A stretch of 64,000 nucleotides of DNA from Escherichia coli. GTDB lineage: Bacteria > Pseudomonadota > Gammaproteobacteria > Enterobacterales > Enterobacteriaceae. The stretch lies in NCBI RefSeq assembly GCF_013122565.1, contig NZ_CP053258.1; one strand, given 5' to 3'. Under the pieces are notes generated by a model. The model saw nothing but the letters and a program-made list of their open reading frames with translations. It was not told the DNA's origin and did not search any database. Positions 1 to 12,058 of the stretch are shown here, piece after piece. How positions within the stretch are numbered: the first letter of the stretch is position 1; each line of letters opens with the position of its first letter. A program made the translations under genes and the position numbers.

Positions 1-1014
1 GTAGTGACTTTGGAGCAATTGCCTGACATTCGCGATTTAGAACGTCAACATGAGCGGGGAATTCAGCATGAAATTGAAAGAGTTAAAGCTGAACTACATC
101 GACTGAACATTGAGTTGACCAAACGTATGTCTGAAGCCAAACGTGTGGATACCGGGGCGCTCGTTGAGGCAGGGGCAGATTTGGACGATATTCCTGTTTA
201 TTTACAGCGTTTGCAGGAACTGACCGAAGAAGCCCTGCCGGAAAAGCTCAATCGCTTCCTTGATTATCTTAATCGTTCATCCGATGACGGCGTAACACAA
301 CTGCTTAGCCATATTGAGCATGAGGTGCTGGTAATTGAGGAGCGCCTCAATGAACTCAATGAAACCATGTTCAGGGTTGATTTTCAGCCGGATCGCTACC
401 TGCGTCTGGATACCAAAAAAGTTGTCCATGAAAGCCTGCGCACGCTTGAAAAAGCACAGCGTCAGCTAAATGCCGCACGATTTGTTGATGATAATGGCGA
501 GAGCCATTATAAGGCTTTGCAGGTACTGGTGGCGCAATTGCGGGATGCTTGTGAACGAAACCGTACCCTGGGAGCAAAAGCGCTACTGGATCCCCGTTTT
601 CGACTCGAGTTCGCCGTATCGGTGATGGATCGTCAGAGCGGAAATGTGATTGAGTCTCGTACCGGCTCACAGGGTGGTAGCGGCGGAGAAAAAGAGATCA
701 TCGCTTCTTACGTGTTAACAGCTTCACTTAGCTACGCACTTTGTCCTGCGGGGAGCCGTTATCCGCTTTTCGGTACCATTATCCTTGATGAAGCCTTCTC
801 CCGCAGTTCTCATGCGGTGGCGGGTAGGATCATTGCCGCGCTTAGAGAATTTGGCTTACATGCAGTATTTATCACCCCAAATAAGGAAATGCGCCTGCTG
901 CGTGACCATACTCGTTCGGCGATTGTTGTCCACCGGCGCGGTCAGAATTCCAATATGGCCTCTCTGAGCTGGGAAGAGCTTGAACGACACTACCAGCGAC
1001 GGGGGAACGCGTAG
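1..1014 (+). CDS. jetC: C-terminal fragment of an SMC-like ATPase, Wadjet JetC / MksB-like (5' end lies outside the window)
   Basis: Supplied ORF 4..1014 reads through the window start. The translation carries an ABC/SMC signature-like SGGEK, a Walker B IILDEAF and a downstream His (H-loop-like), which together look like the C-terminal head of an SMC/Rad50-type ATPase. It is immediately followed by a Toprim-type gene, the JetC-JetD order. Confidence 0.55.
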   Translation, partial: VVTLEQLPDIRDLERQHERGIQHEIERVKAELHRLNIELTKRMSEAKRVDTGALVEAGADLDDIPVYLQRLQELTEEALPEKLNRFLDYLNRSSDDGVTQLLSHIEHEVLVIEERLNELNETMFRVDFQPDRYLRLDTKKVVHESLRTLEKAQRQLNAARFVDDNGESHYKALQVLVAQLRDACERNRTLGAKALLDPRFRLEFAVSVMDRQSGNVIESRTGSQGGSGGEKEIIASYVLTASLSYALCPAGSRYPLFGTIILDEAFSRSSHAVAGRIIAALREFGLHAVFITPNKEMRLLRDHTRSAIVVHRRGQNSNMASLSWEELERHYQRRGNA

Positions 1015-1015
1015 G

Positions 1016-2164
1016 ATGTATTCCCCAGATGAATTGCGTGAAAAGCTTGCCCGGCAGTGGGATAGCGCAAAACTTCGGGCTGAACGCTTACTGTCCCCCG
1101 GTAACTGGCCGCTCTGCCTGCCTATTGGTAAACCTTCCACGAAAATATTTGCAGAGCAGACTCAGCGCGTTTTGCAGCACGTACAGCGATGGAGGCAAGT
1201 TGCGGTTGGGCACGTGGAATGGGAAGCGGTGAGTTTTCGGGCAAGTGATACACCAGTATTAATGCCGTTGCGCTGGATTCTGAATAGCCCTTCTGAGTGG
1301 ATCAACGCCGCTGCGGATCCGGTTGTGAGCCGGGAATTTCGCTTGCTGGAAGGAATTATTGAACAAGTTAATCCCATTTTTCACCCGCTGTTGGTAAAGC
1401 ATCGCTCTCTCTGGCGGCACAAAGATCCGCAGGGCGTCATCAGCGCCGCCACGCTGGCCTGCCGACTAGAGCCGGGCTGCGCAAAAGGGCTGCCGTTAAG
1501 ATTGCTTTCCGGGCAAGGAGTGGATACCAAATTTATCGAGAATAATATTTCGTTATTAACCCGACTGTTAGACGTGCGGTTTTCAGGAGAAGCCAGCGAG
1601 CAGGGATTAACAACTTTTCTTGATGCTTTTGATGAGTCCAGTCACTGGGTTTTAGTTGTACCATTATCACCCGGCTTACTTCCTTTTAAAAAATGCCGGG
1701 TAACAACGGCGGAACTGGCAGAAACAACATTACCCGCGTCGCAAGTGCTGGTGGTTGAAAATGAGCAGTGTCTGCATCATCTTCCAGCATTATCTGACAC
1801 TATCGCGATTTTAGGCTGTGGCCTGGACGTGCAATGGCTATCCAGTTCGGTTCTGGATGAAAAACGCGTTGCCTATTGGGGGGACATGGATAGCTGGGGA
1901 TTACTGATGCTGGCGAGAGCCAGGCGCTGTCGTCCGACCCTTGATGCCCTGCTCATGAACCGTGAGTTGTTTGAGCAGTATGCCAGTCATAGCGCCGTTC
2001 CAGAACCGGTCATAGCGAAGGAAGCGGTACCCGATGGCTTGCTTAACGAAGAGGCCGATTTTTATCGCTACTTAACCCGTTTACCGCGTGGTCGTCTGGA
2101 GCAGGAGTTTTTGCCAGTGGGGATTGCGGAAGAGGCGCTTCTCAGGTGGGGAAAAGAGAGTTAA
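1016..2164 (+). CDS. jetD: Wadjet JetD / MksG-like Toprim-domain protein (DUF2220-type)
   Basis: ORF 980..2164; the likely start is the ATG at 1016 (MYSPDEL), one base after the upstream stop codon. The C-terminal half has LVVENEQ and YWGDMDSWG motifs consistent with the Toprim acidic residues of JetD/MksG. About 382 aa, the typical JetD size. Confidence 0.55.
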   Translation: MYSPDELREKLARQWDSAKLRAERLLSPGNWPLCLPIGKPSTKIFAEQTQRVLQHVQRWRQVAVGHVEWEAVSFRASDTPVLMPLRWILNSPSEWINAAADPVVSREFRLLEGIIEQVNPIFHPLLVKHRSLWRHKDPQGVISAATLACRLEPGCAKGLPLRLLSGQGVDTKFIENNISLLTRLLDVRFSGEASEQGLTTFLDAFDESSHWVLVVPLSPGLLPFKKCRVTTAELAETTLPASQVLVVENEQCLHHLPALSDTIAILGCGLDVQWLSSSVLDEKRVAYWGDMDSWGLLMLARARRCRPTLDALLMNRELFEQYASHSAVPEPVIAKEAVPDGLLNEEADFYRYLTRLPRGRLEQEFLPVGIAEEALLRWGKES

Positions 2165-2520
2165 AAAAGTCATGCTTGTTCTGGAAGGTTATTTACGCGG
2201 TATTTTGGTAGTGGTTGCGAAAAGTCTGCGTTGATGGTCCTGATACCTTACCGGATAGAGGGACTTTCCATCAGTCAGTTTAGATACTGTGGCAACTGTC
2301 GCCTTTAGGTGGACAAATGCATAAATTATTAAACTATTAAATTTCTTGTTTTCTGGCGGCAGAGAGAAGGTATATCAGAGGGTACTGAGGTGTATAAAAG
2401 TCACGAACATCCGTGAAAAGGCGAAAAAACCAGCCAATAGATAATGCTTTGCAACGGCCAGAAATCTACCGTAGCCAGAAAGTGAAAAAGCCCCGCTTTG
2501 CAGCGAGGCCTTATGAATAG

Positions 2521-2596
2521 TGGTGCCCGGACTCGGAATCGAACCAAGGACACGGGGATTTTCAATCCCCTGCTCTACCGACTGAGCTATCCGGGC
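2521..2596 (-). tRNA. pheV: tRNA-Phe (anticodon GAA)
   Basis: Reverse complement reads GCCCGGATAGCTCAGTCGGTAGAGCAGGGGATTGAAAATCCCCGTGTCCTTGGTTCGATTCCGAGTCCGGGCACCA: a 76-nt cloverleaf with a GAA anticodon loop and 3' CCA. Placement next to yqgA/speC indicates pheV rather than pheU. Confidence 0.9.
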
Positions 2597-2701
2597 AACG
2601 GGGCGCATTAAACCTGATTCGCCTCGTCTCGTCAATCAAATTTCTTCAATTTACTGCAGACTGCACAATCTATCATCACTTTGCCGATATTGCACGCATT
2701 G

Positions 2702-3409
2702 TCAGGCAAACCAGGCGGTCCAGGCGGCGGAAAGCGGCATTGCCAGAAGGAGTGCTGGAAGCATGTTGACCACCGGGAACATTTTAATGCCACAGATGCG
2801 TAATCCGGTTGCCAGCAGCAATAAACCGCCTACGGCGCTGAAGTCTGCCATCATCGACGGTGTGGTCAGCGGTAATATCAGCGCGGCAGCCCATGCCAGC
2901 GTTAACTGGATGATCAGTAATGGGATACTAATTACCGACACCGCGATGCCCAAAGAGCAGGCGAAGATCATCGCCGTAAAGAAATCAAGAAATGACTTGG
3001 CGATTAAAATACTCGGATCGCCGGTCATCCCTTCGTTCATCGCCCCGAAGATCCCGGTGCCGCTGGCGCAAAACAGGACAATAATCGCCACATAATTCTG
3101 AATAAAAGATTCATGCGCTGGCGTCTTACGTGAGTGACGAAACAGATTTTGTGCTTTGGCGACTGCTGTATTGACACCTTTCTCCAGCAAACAAATTTCG
3201 CCAATTAGAGCGCCAAGTAGCGTAGCTAAAACCATCGCTGGAAGGTTGGCGCATTTCACCACCAGTAAAATACCAATCCCCAGCGATGCCAGACCAAAAA
3301 TAGATGTCATGGAGACGCGGATACGTTCCGGTAAGCGTTGGCTGAGCAGTGCGCCGAGAACGCCACCCAGTAAGACTGCACTAGCGTTGATAAAAGGGCC
3401 GATGACCAC
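2702..3409 (-). CDS. yqgA: DMT-superfamily inner membrane protein YqgA
   Basis: 235-aa hydrophobic ORF; the length and the position between pheV and speC match K-12 yqgA. Confidence 0.8.
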   Translation of the reverse strand: MVIGPFINASAVLLGGVLGALLSQRLPERIRVSMTSIFGLASLGIGILLVVKCANLPAMVLATLLGALIGEICLLEKGVNTAVAKAQNLFRHSRKTPAHESFIQNYVAIIVLFCASGTGIFGAMNEGMTGDPSILIAKSFLDFFTAMIFACSLGIAVSVISIPLLIIQLTLAWAAALILPLTTPSMMADFSAVGGLLLLATGLRICGIKMFPVVNMLPALLLAMPLSAAWTAWFA

Positions 3410-3806
3410 AAGAGTTCCTGTTAACTGTATTGTCTGATTTTCTTATTATGAACTTTTTGCCTTGTTGATGGCTTGTCTGGTCGCAAAGACCTGGCTTGCA
3501 CGCTTTAGCGAAAGGTGCCATGATTGCGCGAATTTTCTCCTCTCTGTACGGAGTTTGCCCGATGCACGCCACCTCCTTACATTCTCTCGCTTATCGCCGT
3601 TTCGCGCGAAACTCTTCTCTTTTTATGCTACTACTCATGCGGTGAAGTTAACGCACGCTCACTGCAGGACAACAGTAAAATCAGAGCGTTTCTGCTTTTA
3701 CTGATGTCTGGCGGTCGGAGCTGGTGACCAGTTTGACCCATATCTCATGGGGCAGGGTTTTCCACCTTGTCCGGTATTCTTACTTCCCCGAAACGGGTTT
3801 GCGCTT

Positions 3807-5942
3807 ATGAAATCAATGAATATTGCCGCCAGTAGTGAACTGGTATCCCGACTTTCTTCTCATCGTCGCGTGGTGGCGTTGGGAGATACTGATTTTACGG
3901 ACGTCGCGGCAGTCGTCATTACCGCTGCGGATAGTCGCAGTGGCATTCTTGCGTTGCTTAAGCGCACCGGTTTTCATCTACCGGTGTTTTTGTATTCCGA
4001 ACATGCTGTTGAATTACCTGCGGGCGTTACGGCGGTAATCAATGGCAACGAGCAGCAGTGGCTGGAGCTGGAATCCGCAGCCTGTCAGTATGAAGAGAAT
4101 TTGCTGCCTCCGTTTTATGACACGCTGACGCAGTACGTTGAGATGGGCAACAGCACCTTTGCTTGCCCTGGGCATCAACATGGTGCGTTTTTTAAAAAGC
4201 ATCCTGCCGGACGCCATTTTTACGATTTCTTTGGTGAGAACGTCTTTCGCGCCGATATGTGTAATGCTGACGTAAAATTGGGCGATCTGCTTATTCATGA
4301 AGGATCGGCGAAAGATGCGCAGAAATTCGCAGCCAAAGTCTTTCATGCCGATAAAACCTATTTTGTGCTGAACGGCACATCGGCAGCGAATAAAGTGGTG
4401 ACGAATGCGCTGTTAACGCGTGGCGATCTGGTGCTCTTCGACCGTAACAACCATAAGTCGAATCATCACGGCGCGTTGATTCAGGCGGGGGCGACGCCGG
4501 TCTATCTGGAAGCTTCACGTAACCCGTTTGGTTTCATTGGCGGTATTGATGCGCACTGTTTTAATGAAGAGTATCTGCGCCAGCAAATTCGCGACGTTGC
4601 GCCAGAAAAAGCCGACCTGCCGCGCCCGTTTCGCCTGGCGATTATTCAGCTGGGAACCTATGACGGCACTGTCTATAACGCCCGTCAGGTGATCGATACC
4701 GTTGGGCATCTGTGTGATTACATTCTGTTTGATTCCGCGTGGGTCGGTTACGAACAGTTTATCCCGATGATGGCGGATAGCTCGCCGCTGCTGTTAGAAC
4801 TTAACGAAAACGATCCGGGGATCTTTGTGACTCAGTCGGTGCACAAACAGCAGGCGGGATTCTCACAGACGTCGCAGATCCATAAAAAAGATAACCATAT
4901 CCGCGGACAGGCGCGTTTTTGCCCGCATAAGCGGTTGAATAATGCCTTTATGCTCCATGCTTCTACCAGCCCGTTCTACCCGCTGTTTGCCGCGCTGGAC
5001 GTTAACGCCAAAATTCATGAAGGGGAGAGTGGGCGTCGGCTGTGGGCTGAGTGCGTTGAGTTGGGTATTGAGTCGCGCAAGGCTATTCTTGCGCGCTGTA
5101 AGCTGTTCCGCCCGTTTATCCCGCCCGTTGTTGATGGCAAATTGTGGCAGGATTATCCGACATCAGTGTTAGCCAGTGACCGCCGTTTTTTCAGTTTTGA
5201 GCCGGGGGCGAAGTGGCACGGCTTTGAAGGATATGCCGCGGATCAGTATTTTGTTGATCCGTGCAAGCTGTTACTCACTACACCAGGTATCGATGCCGAA
5301 ACTGGCGAATATAGCGACTTTGGCGTTCCGGCGACGATTCTGGCGCACTATCTGCGTGAGAACGGCATTGTGCCGGAGAAGTGCGATCTCAACTCCATTC
5401 TGTTCTTATTAACTCCGGCGGAAAGCCACGAGAAGCTGGCACAACTGGTGGCGATGCTGGCGCAATTTGAACAGCATATTGAGGATGACTCGCCGCTGGT
5501 CGAGGTGTTGCCGAGCGTTTATAACAAGTATCCGGTGCGCTATCGCGACTACACCCTGCGCAAGTTGTGTCAGGAGATGCACGATCTGTATGTCAGTTTC
5601 GACGTCAAAGACCTACAAAAAGCGATGTTCCGCCAGCAGAGTTTCCCGTCAGTGGTGATGAACCCCCAGGATGCGCATAGCGCTTATATTCGCGGTGACG
5701 TGGAGTTGGTGCGGATTCGTGATGCCGAAGGGCGAATTGCGGCAGAAGGGGCATTGCCTTATCCACCTGGCGTGCTGTGCGTGGTGCCTGGAGAAGTATG
5801 GGGCGGGGCGGTACAGCGTTATTTCCTTGCACTGGAAGAAGGCGTGAATTTGCTACCAGGATTTTCGCCGGAGCTGCAAGGTGTTTATAGCGAAACCGAT
5901 GCGGATGGCATGAAACGGTTGTACGGTTATGTGTTGAAGTAA
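3807..5942 (+). CDS. speC: Ornithine decarboxylase, constitutive
   Basis: ORF 3747..5942; the translation from the internal ATG at 3807 (MKSMNIAASSELV...) gives the 711-aa SpeC as I recall it. Fold type I PLP decarboxylase. Confidence 0.9.
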   Translation: MKSMNIAASSELVSRLSSHRRVVALGDTDFTDVAAVVITAADSRSGILALLKRTGFHLPVFLYSEHAVELPAGVTAVINGNEQQWLELESAACQYEENLLPPFYDTLTQYVEMGNSTFACPGHQHGAFFKKHPAGRHFYDFFGENVFRADMCNADVKLGDLLIHEGSAKDAQKFAAKVFHADKTYFVLNGTSAANKVVTNALLTRGDLVLFDRNNHKSNHHGALIQAGATPVYLEASRNPFGFIGGIDAHCFNEEYLRQQIRDVAPEKADLPRPFRLAIIQLGTYDGTVYNARQVIDTVGHLCDYILFDSAWVGYEQFIPMMADSSPLLLELNENDPGIFVTQSVHKQQAGFSQTSQIHKKDNHIRGQARFCPHKRLNNAFMLHASTSPFYPLFAALDVNAKIHEGESGRRLWAECVELGIESRKAILARCKLFRPFIPPVVDGKLWQDYPTSVLASDRRFFSFEPGAKWHGFEGYAADQYFVDPCKLLLTTPGIDAETGEYSDFGVPATILAHYLRENGIVPEKCDLNSILFLLTPAESHEKLAQLVAMLAQFEQHIEDDSPLVEVLPSVYNKYPVRYRDYTLRKLCQEMHDLYVSFDVKDLQKAMFRQQSFPSVVMNPQDAHSAYIRGDVELVRIRDAEGRIAAEGALPYPPGVLCVVPGEVWGGAVQRYFLALEEGVNLLPGFSPELQGVYSETDADGMKRLYGYVLK

Positions 5943-5946
5943 GAAT

Positions 5947-5981
5947 AAAAAAAACGGGTCACCTTCTGGCGACCCGTTTTT
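5947..5981. terminator. Bidirectional rho-independent terminator between convergent speC and nupG
   Basis: AAAAAAAACGGGTCACC-TTCTG-GCGACCCGTTTTTC: a GC stem flanked by an A-run on one side and a T-run on the other. Confidence 0.5.
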
Positions 5982-5991
5982 CTTTGCGTAA

Positions 5992-7248
5992 TTAGTGGCT
6001 AACCGTCTGTGTGCCTGTCGGGACACGAACGTGTTTATATTTGAACATCGCCATGAACGCGAAGGCCAGAACCACGGAGTAACCAGCGAAAATCAACCAT
6101 ACGGTCTGCCAGTCGGTAATGCCGTTTTGGGTGTACATCTCAACAACTTTACCGCTCACGATGCCGCCGAGGATACAGCCGAAGCCGTTAGTCATCATCA
6201 GGAACATCCCCTGCGCACTGGCGCGAATCGCCGGGCTAACTTCTTTTTCGACAAACACCGAACCAGAGATGTTGAAGAAGTCGAACGCACAGCCGTAAAC
6301 AATCATCGACAGAACCAGCAGTACGGTGCCGAACGGAGTCGGGTCGCCGTAAGCAAACAGCGCAAAACGCAGGATCCACGCCACGATACTGATCATCATT
6401 ACGTTCTTAATGCCGTAGCGGCTTAAGAAGAACGGGATGGTCAGAATGAACAGGGTTTCAGAGATCTGCGAAATCGACATGATGATTGACGCATGCTGCA
6501 CAATAAAGCTGCTGGCAAACATCGGATCTTTGTCGAAGCTGTGCAGGAAGGTATTACCGAACATATTGGTAATCTGCAGTTCCGCGCCCAGCAGCATTGA
6601 GAAGATGAAGAAGATGGCCATACGCTTGTTTTTAAACAGCGCGAATGCATCGAGGCCCAGCAGGGTTGTCCAGCTCTGATTCGCTTGCTGTTTAGCAACC
6701 GGAATATGCGGCAGAGTCAGGGTAAACAGAACCAGAATGGCGGAAAGTGCTGCGCCAATATACAGCTGCATGTGGCTTAATTCGAAGCCAGACAGGCTCA
6801 CCACCCACATTGCCATGATAAAGCCGATGGTGCCCCAGATACGGATTGGCGGGAAGTCAGTAACGATATCCATCCCGGCATTTTGCAGGCGATAGTAAGA
6901 GATGGTGTTGATTAACCCAAGCGTTGGCATATAAGCAAACGAGTTAATCAATATCACAAGGAACATCGCTTCCGGCGTCGTGACCTGTGCCGCCATGAAC
7001 AGCGTGATAGCGCCAATGGTGTGGCAAATGGCATATACCCATTTCGCACTTAACCATTTGTCGGCCACAATCCCCAGCAGCGCAGGCATAAAGACCGCGG
7101 CGATACCCAGTGAACTATAAACTGCGCCAATAGAAGCACCGTCAAACTTCAGGGTAACAAACATATAGGAGCCGAGGGTCGTCAGCCAACTTCCCCACAG
7201 ACAGAACTGCAGAAAAGAGAGGATTTTCAGCTGCAGCTTAAGATTCAT
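5992..7248 (-). CDS. nupG: Nucleoside:H+ symporter NupG (MFS)
   Basis: ORF 5992..7296 trimmed to the MNLKLQLKILSF start, giving 418 aa; matches NupG. Confidence 0.9.
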   Translation of the reverse strand: MNLKLQLKILSFLQFCLWGSWLTTLGSYMFVTLKFDGASIGAVYSSLGIAAVFMPALLGIVADKWLSAKWVYAICHTIGAITLFMAAQVTTPEAMFLVILINSFAYMPTLGLINTISYYRLQNAGMDIVTDFPPIRIWGTIGFIMAMWVVSLSGFELSHMQLYIGAALSAILVLFTLTLPHIPVAKQQANQSWTTLLGLDAFALFKNKRMAIFFIFSMLLGAELQITNMFGNTFLHSFDKDPMFASSFIVQHASIIMSISQISETLFILTIPFFLSRYGIKNVMMISIVAWILRFALFAYGDPTPFGTVLLVLSMIVYGCAFDFFNISGSVFVEKEVSPAIRASAQGMFLMMTNGFGCILGGIVSGKVVEMYTQNGITDWQTVWLIFAGYSVVLAFAFMAMFKYKHVRVPTGTQTVSH

Positions 7249-7449
7249 GTTAATTTCCTCACATCGTGATGCGGATGAGTGTTTGAAAAAGCACATTTGA
7301 CCGTGCGAGATGATGGGATTCTATCAACTTCGCGGACTGGTTTTTTGTTACCTGTGGCAAATAATTGCAAACATTCCCAATTTGCAAAACGAAATTGTGA
7401 TGTGGATAACATTTTTGCCCCTGAGCATCGTCAGGGGCGGTTAGTGGAA

Positions 7450-8556
<1,107 letters not shown>

Positions 8557-8593
8557 TTATGCAAGTTGCCGGAGGCGTGCTCCGGCACTGTTT

Positions 8594-8872
<279 letters not shown>

Positions 8873-8896
8873 TCATCCTCTTTATCGACTCACGCG

Positions 8897-9949
8897 CTAA
8901 ACCGGCGCGCCAGTGCGTAACTGCTGTAACAAACGCTCCACGGGAGCCGCCAGGCCAACTGACGGCGGTTGCGCTAAGTTATACCAGAGCGCATTGCCTT
9001 CATCCATGCAGCCGGTGAATGACGACACGGGAAGCCACATAGGCACAATATCTAAGTGGAAATGGCTGAAGGTATGGCGAAACGCGGTCAGTTGCGTCAG
9101 GTTATCGGCAGCAATCTGCCGTTGCGCCAGCCACTGCCGCAAACTTTCTTCGTCGGCAAACTGCGGGAAACAGTATAAACCGCCCCACAATCCGCTCGGC
9201 GGACGCTGCGCCAGCAATACTTCATCTTCGTGCTGTAACAGCAGAAAGTAGCCGGTGCGCTCCGGCAGCGTCTGTTTCGGTTTTTTGCCCGGATAAAGCG
9301 ACCAGCTATTATTGGCGGCGGCAATACATCCGTTTTGTAGCGGACAGAGCGAACATTTCGGCTTCGAGCGCGTACAAATCATCGCGCCCAAATCCATCAT
9401 CGCCTGATTAAACCGTTCCACGCCGACCGCGGGCGTCACCTGCTCGCTCAAACTCCATAATTTATTCTCGACCTCTTTTTTCCCAGGCCAGCCGCTTACA
9501 GCATAGCAGCGTGCCAGCACGCGTTTGACGTTACCGTCGAGAATCGGAAAGTGCTTACCCAGAGAAAGCGAGAGAATCGCGCCTGCGGTGGAACGCCCGA
9601 CGCCCGGTAACGCCGCGACTTCTTCAAAGGTTTCCGGGAATTTACCGCCGTGTAAGGTCGCCACTTGTTGTGCCGCTTTATGCAGATTGCGCGCGCGGGC
9701 GTAATAGCCAAGCCCGGTCCACAAGTGGAGAACTTCGTCCAGCGGCGCATTGGCGAGATCGGTCACCGTTGGGAAGCGCGCCATAAAGCGTTCAAAATAG
9801 GGGATAACGGTCGCAACCTGAGTTTGTTGCAACATCACTTCTGAGAGCCATACTTTGTAGGGCGTCTTGTCAATTTGCCAGGGCAGCGTTTTCCGCCCGT
9901 ATTTATCGTACCAGTCCAGAACCTGGGCTGAAAATTGCGACGCTTGCAT
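8897..9949 (-). CDS. mutY: Adenine DNA glycosylase MutY
   Basis: ORF 8897..9979 trimmed to the [14 protein letters not shown] start (350 aa); HhH-GPD motif and a C-terminal Cys cluster. Confidence 0.9.
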   Translation of the reverse strand: MQASQFSAQVLDWYDKYGRKTLPWQIDKTPYKVWLSEVMLQQTQVATVIPYFERFMARFPTVTDLANAPLDEVLHLWTGLGYYARARNLHKAAQQVATLHGGKFPETFEEVAALPGVGRSTAGAILSLSLGKHFPILDGNVKRVLARCYAVSGWPGKKEVENKLWSLSEQVTPAVGVERFNQAMMDLGAMICTRSKPKCSLCPLQNGCIAAANNSWSLYPGKKPKQTLPERTGYFLLLQHEDEVLLAQRPPSGLWGGLYCFPQFADEESLRQWLAQRQIAADNLTQLTAFRHTFSHFHLDIVPMWLPVSSFTGCMDEGNALWYNLAQPPSVGLAAPVERLLQQLRTGAPV

Positions 9950-10109
9950 GGTCACCGAATTCACTGTTGTTGGGGGCAAGATTGCAGCACAGCGACGGCA
10001 GGGTGTAAACCGGAACTTTCCGCAGCCACGGCCTTATCATGCTTGCATCCGGCAACTAACTTTGGATAATGCCCGTTTTCAGAACACTTTCACAAGCGAC
10101 TAAATCTTT

Positions 10110-10829
10110 ATGAAAAACGACGTCATCTCACCGGAATTTGATGAAAACGGCCGCCCACTGCGCCGTATCCGTAGTTTTGTGCGCCGCCAGGGGCGACTGA
10201 CCAAAGGCCAGGAACATGCGCTGGAAAACTACTGGCCGGTGATGGGCGTTGAGTTCAGCGAAGATATGCTGGATTTCCCTGCGCTTTTTGGCCGTGAAGC
10301 GCCGGTGACGCTTGAGATTGGTTTTGGCATGGGGGCGTCGCTGGTGGCAATGGCTAAAGATCGCCCCGAGCAGGACTTCCTCGGCATTGAAGTGCATTCA
10401 CCGGGCGTTGGTGCGTGCCTGGCTTCTGCGCATGAAGAGGGCTTAAGCAACCTGCGCGTGATGTGTCACGATGCGGTTGAAGTGCTGCATAAAATGATTC
10501 CTGACAATTCATTGCGCATGGTGCAGCTCTTTTTCCCTGACCCGTGGCACAAAGCGCGCCATAATAAACGCCGTATCGTTCAGGTGCCGTTTGCCGAACT
10601 GGTAAAAAGCAAACTGCAGCTGGGGGGCGTATTCCATATGGCGACCGACTGGGAACCTTATGCAGAACATATGCTTGAAGTGATGTCTTCTATTGACGGT
10701 TATAAAAACCTGTCAGAGAGCAATGATTACGTACCGCGTCCGGCATCACGTCCGGTGACGAAATTTGAACAACGTGGTCATCGTCTTGGTCACGGAGTAT
10801 GGGACTTAATGTTCGAGAGGGTGAAATAA
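10110..10829 (+). CDS. trmB: tRNA (guanine46-N7)-methyltransferase
   Basis: 239-aa ORF; SAM-dependent methyltransferase; divergent from mutY as in K-12. Confidence 0.9.
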   Translation: MKNDVISPEFDENGRPLRRIRSFVRRQGRLTKGQEHALENYWPVMGVEFSEDMLDFPALFGREAPVTLEIGFGMGASLVAMAKDRPEQDFLGIEVHSPGVGACLASAHEEGLSNLRVMCHDAVEVLHKMIPDNSLRMVQLFFPDPWHKARHNKRRIVQVPFAELVKSKLQLGGVFHMATDWEPYAEHMLEVMSSIDGYKNLSESNDYVPRPASRPVTKFEQRGHRLGHGVWDLMFERVK

Positions 10830-11155
10830 TGGCAAAGAACCGTAGCCGTCGTCTGCGTAAAAAAATGCACATCGACGAATTCCAGGAATTAGGATTTTCG
10901 GTGGCATGGCGATTCCCGGAAGGTACATCGGAAGAACAGATTGATAAAACCGTTGATGATTTTATTAACGAGGTTATCGAACCGAACAAACTGGCCTTTG
11001 ACGGCAGCGGTTATCTGGCTTGGGAAGGTCTGATCTGCATGCAGGAAATCGGCAAATGCACCGAAGAACATCAGGCGATTGTGCGTAAGTGGCTGGAAGA
11101 GCGCAAACTGGAAGAGGTACGCACCAGCGAACTTTTCGACGTTTGGTGGGACTAA
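10829..11155 (+). CDS. yggL: DUF469 protein YggL
   Basis: ORF 10799..11155 trimmed to [18 protein letters not shown] (108 aa); its start overlaps the trmB stop codon. Confidence 0.85.
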   Translation: MAKNRSRRLRKKMHIDEFQELGFSVAWRFPEGTSEEQIDKTVDDFINEVIEPNKLAFDGSGYLAWEGLICMQEIGKCTEEHQAIVRKWLEERKLEEVRTSELFDVWWD

Positions 11156-11177
11156 GAAAGCATACGGGCGATGACAA

Positions 11178-11275
11178 ATGCAAAACTGCCTGATGCGCTA
11201 CGCTTATCAGGCCTACAAAGATGCACGATGGAGTAGGCCGGATAAGGTGTTTACGCTGCATCCGGCATGGAAAAC
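11178..11275. repeat. REP/BIME palindromic elements
   Basis: GCCTGATGCGCTACGCTTATCAGGCCTACA and TAGGCCGGATAAGG...CATCCGGCA motifs typical of enterobacterial REP sequences. Confidence 0.6.
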
Positions 11276-11338
11276 GCGCACTTTGTTATCAATCTGGGGC
11301 CAGCAAATGCTGGCCTGATTTGTTCTTGAGGGAAGACT

Positions 11339-12058
11339 ATGATGCGCAAAATGCTGCTGGCGGCAGCACTTTCAGTGACGGCAATGACCGCTCACGCCGA
11401 CTACCAGTGCAGCGTCACGCCGCGTGACGATGTGATTGTCAGCCCGCAAACCGTGCAGGTGAAGGGCGAAAACGGCAATCTGGTGATCACGCCAGACGGC
11501 AACGTGATGTATAACGGTAAGCAATATTCCCTGAATGCCGCCCAGCGCGAGCAGGCGAAGGATTATCAGGCTGAACTCCGTAGCACCCTGCCGTGGATTG
11601 ATGAAGGCGCGAAAAGCCGCGTCGAAAAAGCCCGTATTGCGCTGGATAAAATTATCGTTCAGGAGATGGGCGAAAGCAGCAAAATGCGCAGCCGTCTGAC
11701 CAAACTTGATGCGCAGCTGAAAGAGCAGATGAACCGCATTATCGAAACGCGCAGCGATGGCCTGACGTTTCACTATAAAGCCATTGATCAGGTTCGCGCC
11801 GAAGGCCAGCAATTAGTGAATCAGGCAATGGGCGGAATTTTACAGGACAGCATTAATGAAATGGGCGCGAAAGCGGTGCTGAAAAGCGGCGGTAACCCAT
11901 TACAGAATGTGCTGGGAAGCCTGGGGGGACTGCAATCCTCAATCCAAACCGAGTGGAAAAAGCAGGAAAAAGATTTCCAGCAGTTTGGCAAAGATGTTTG
12001 TAGCCGCGTTGTGACTCTGGAAGATAGCCGCAAAGCCCTGGTCGGGGATTTAAAATAA
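11339..12058 (+). CDS. yggN: Periplasmic protein YggN (DUF2884)
   Basis: 239-aa ORF with an N-terminal signal peptide; position between yggL and ansB. Confidence 0.85.
   Translation: MMRKMLLAAALSVTAMTAHADYQCSVTPRDDVIVSPQTVQVKGENGNLVITPDGNVMYNGKQYSLNAAQREQAKDYQAELRSTLPWIDEGAKSRVEKARIALDKIIVQEMGESSKMRSRLTKLDAQLKEQMNRIIETRSDGLTFHYKAIDQVRAEGQQLVNQAMGGILQDSINEMGAKAVLKSGGNPLQNVLGSLGGLQSSIQTEWKKQEKDFQQFGKDVCSRVVTLEDSRKALVGDLK

Noticed and set aside
2375-2635. 86-aa ORF overlapping tRNA-Phe
   Set aside because: It spans the tRNA gene itself on the same strand; the tRNA call is far better supported.
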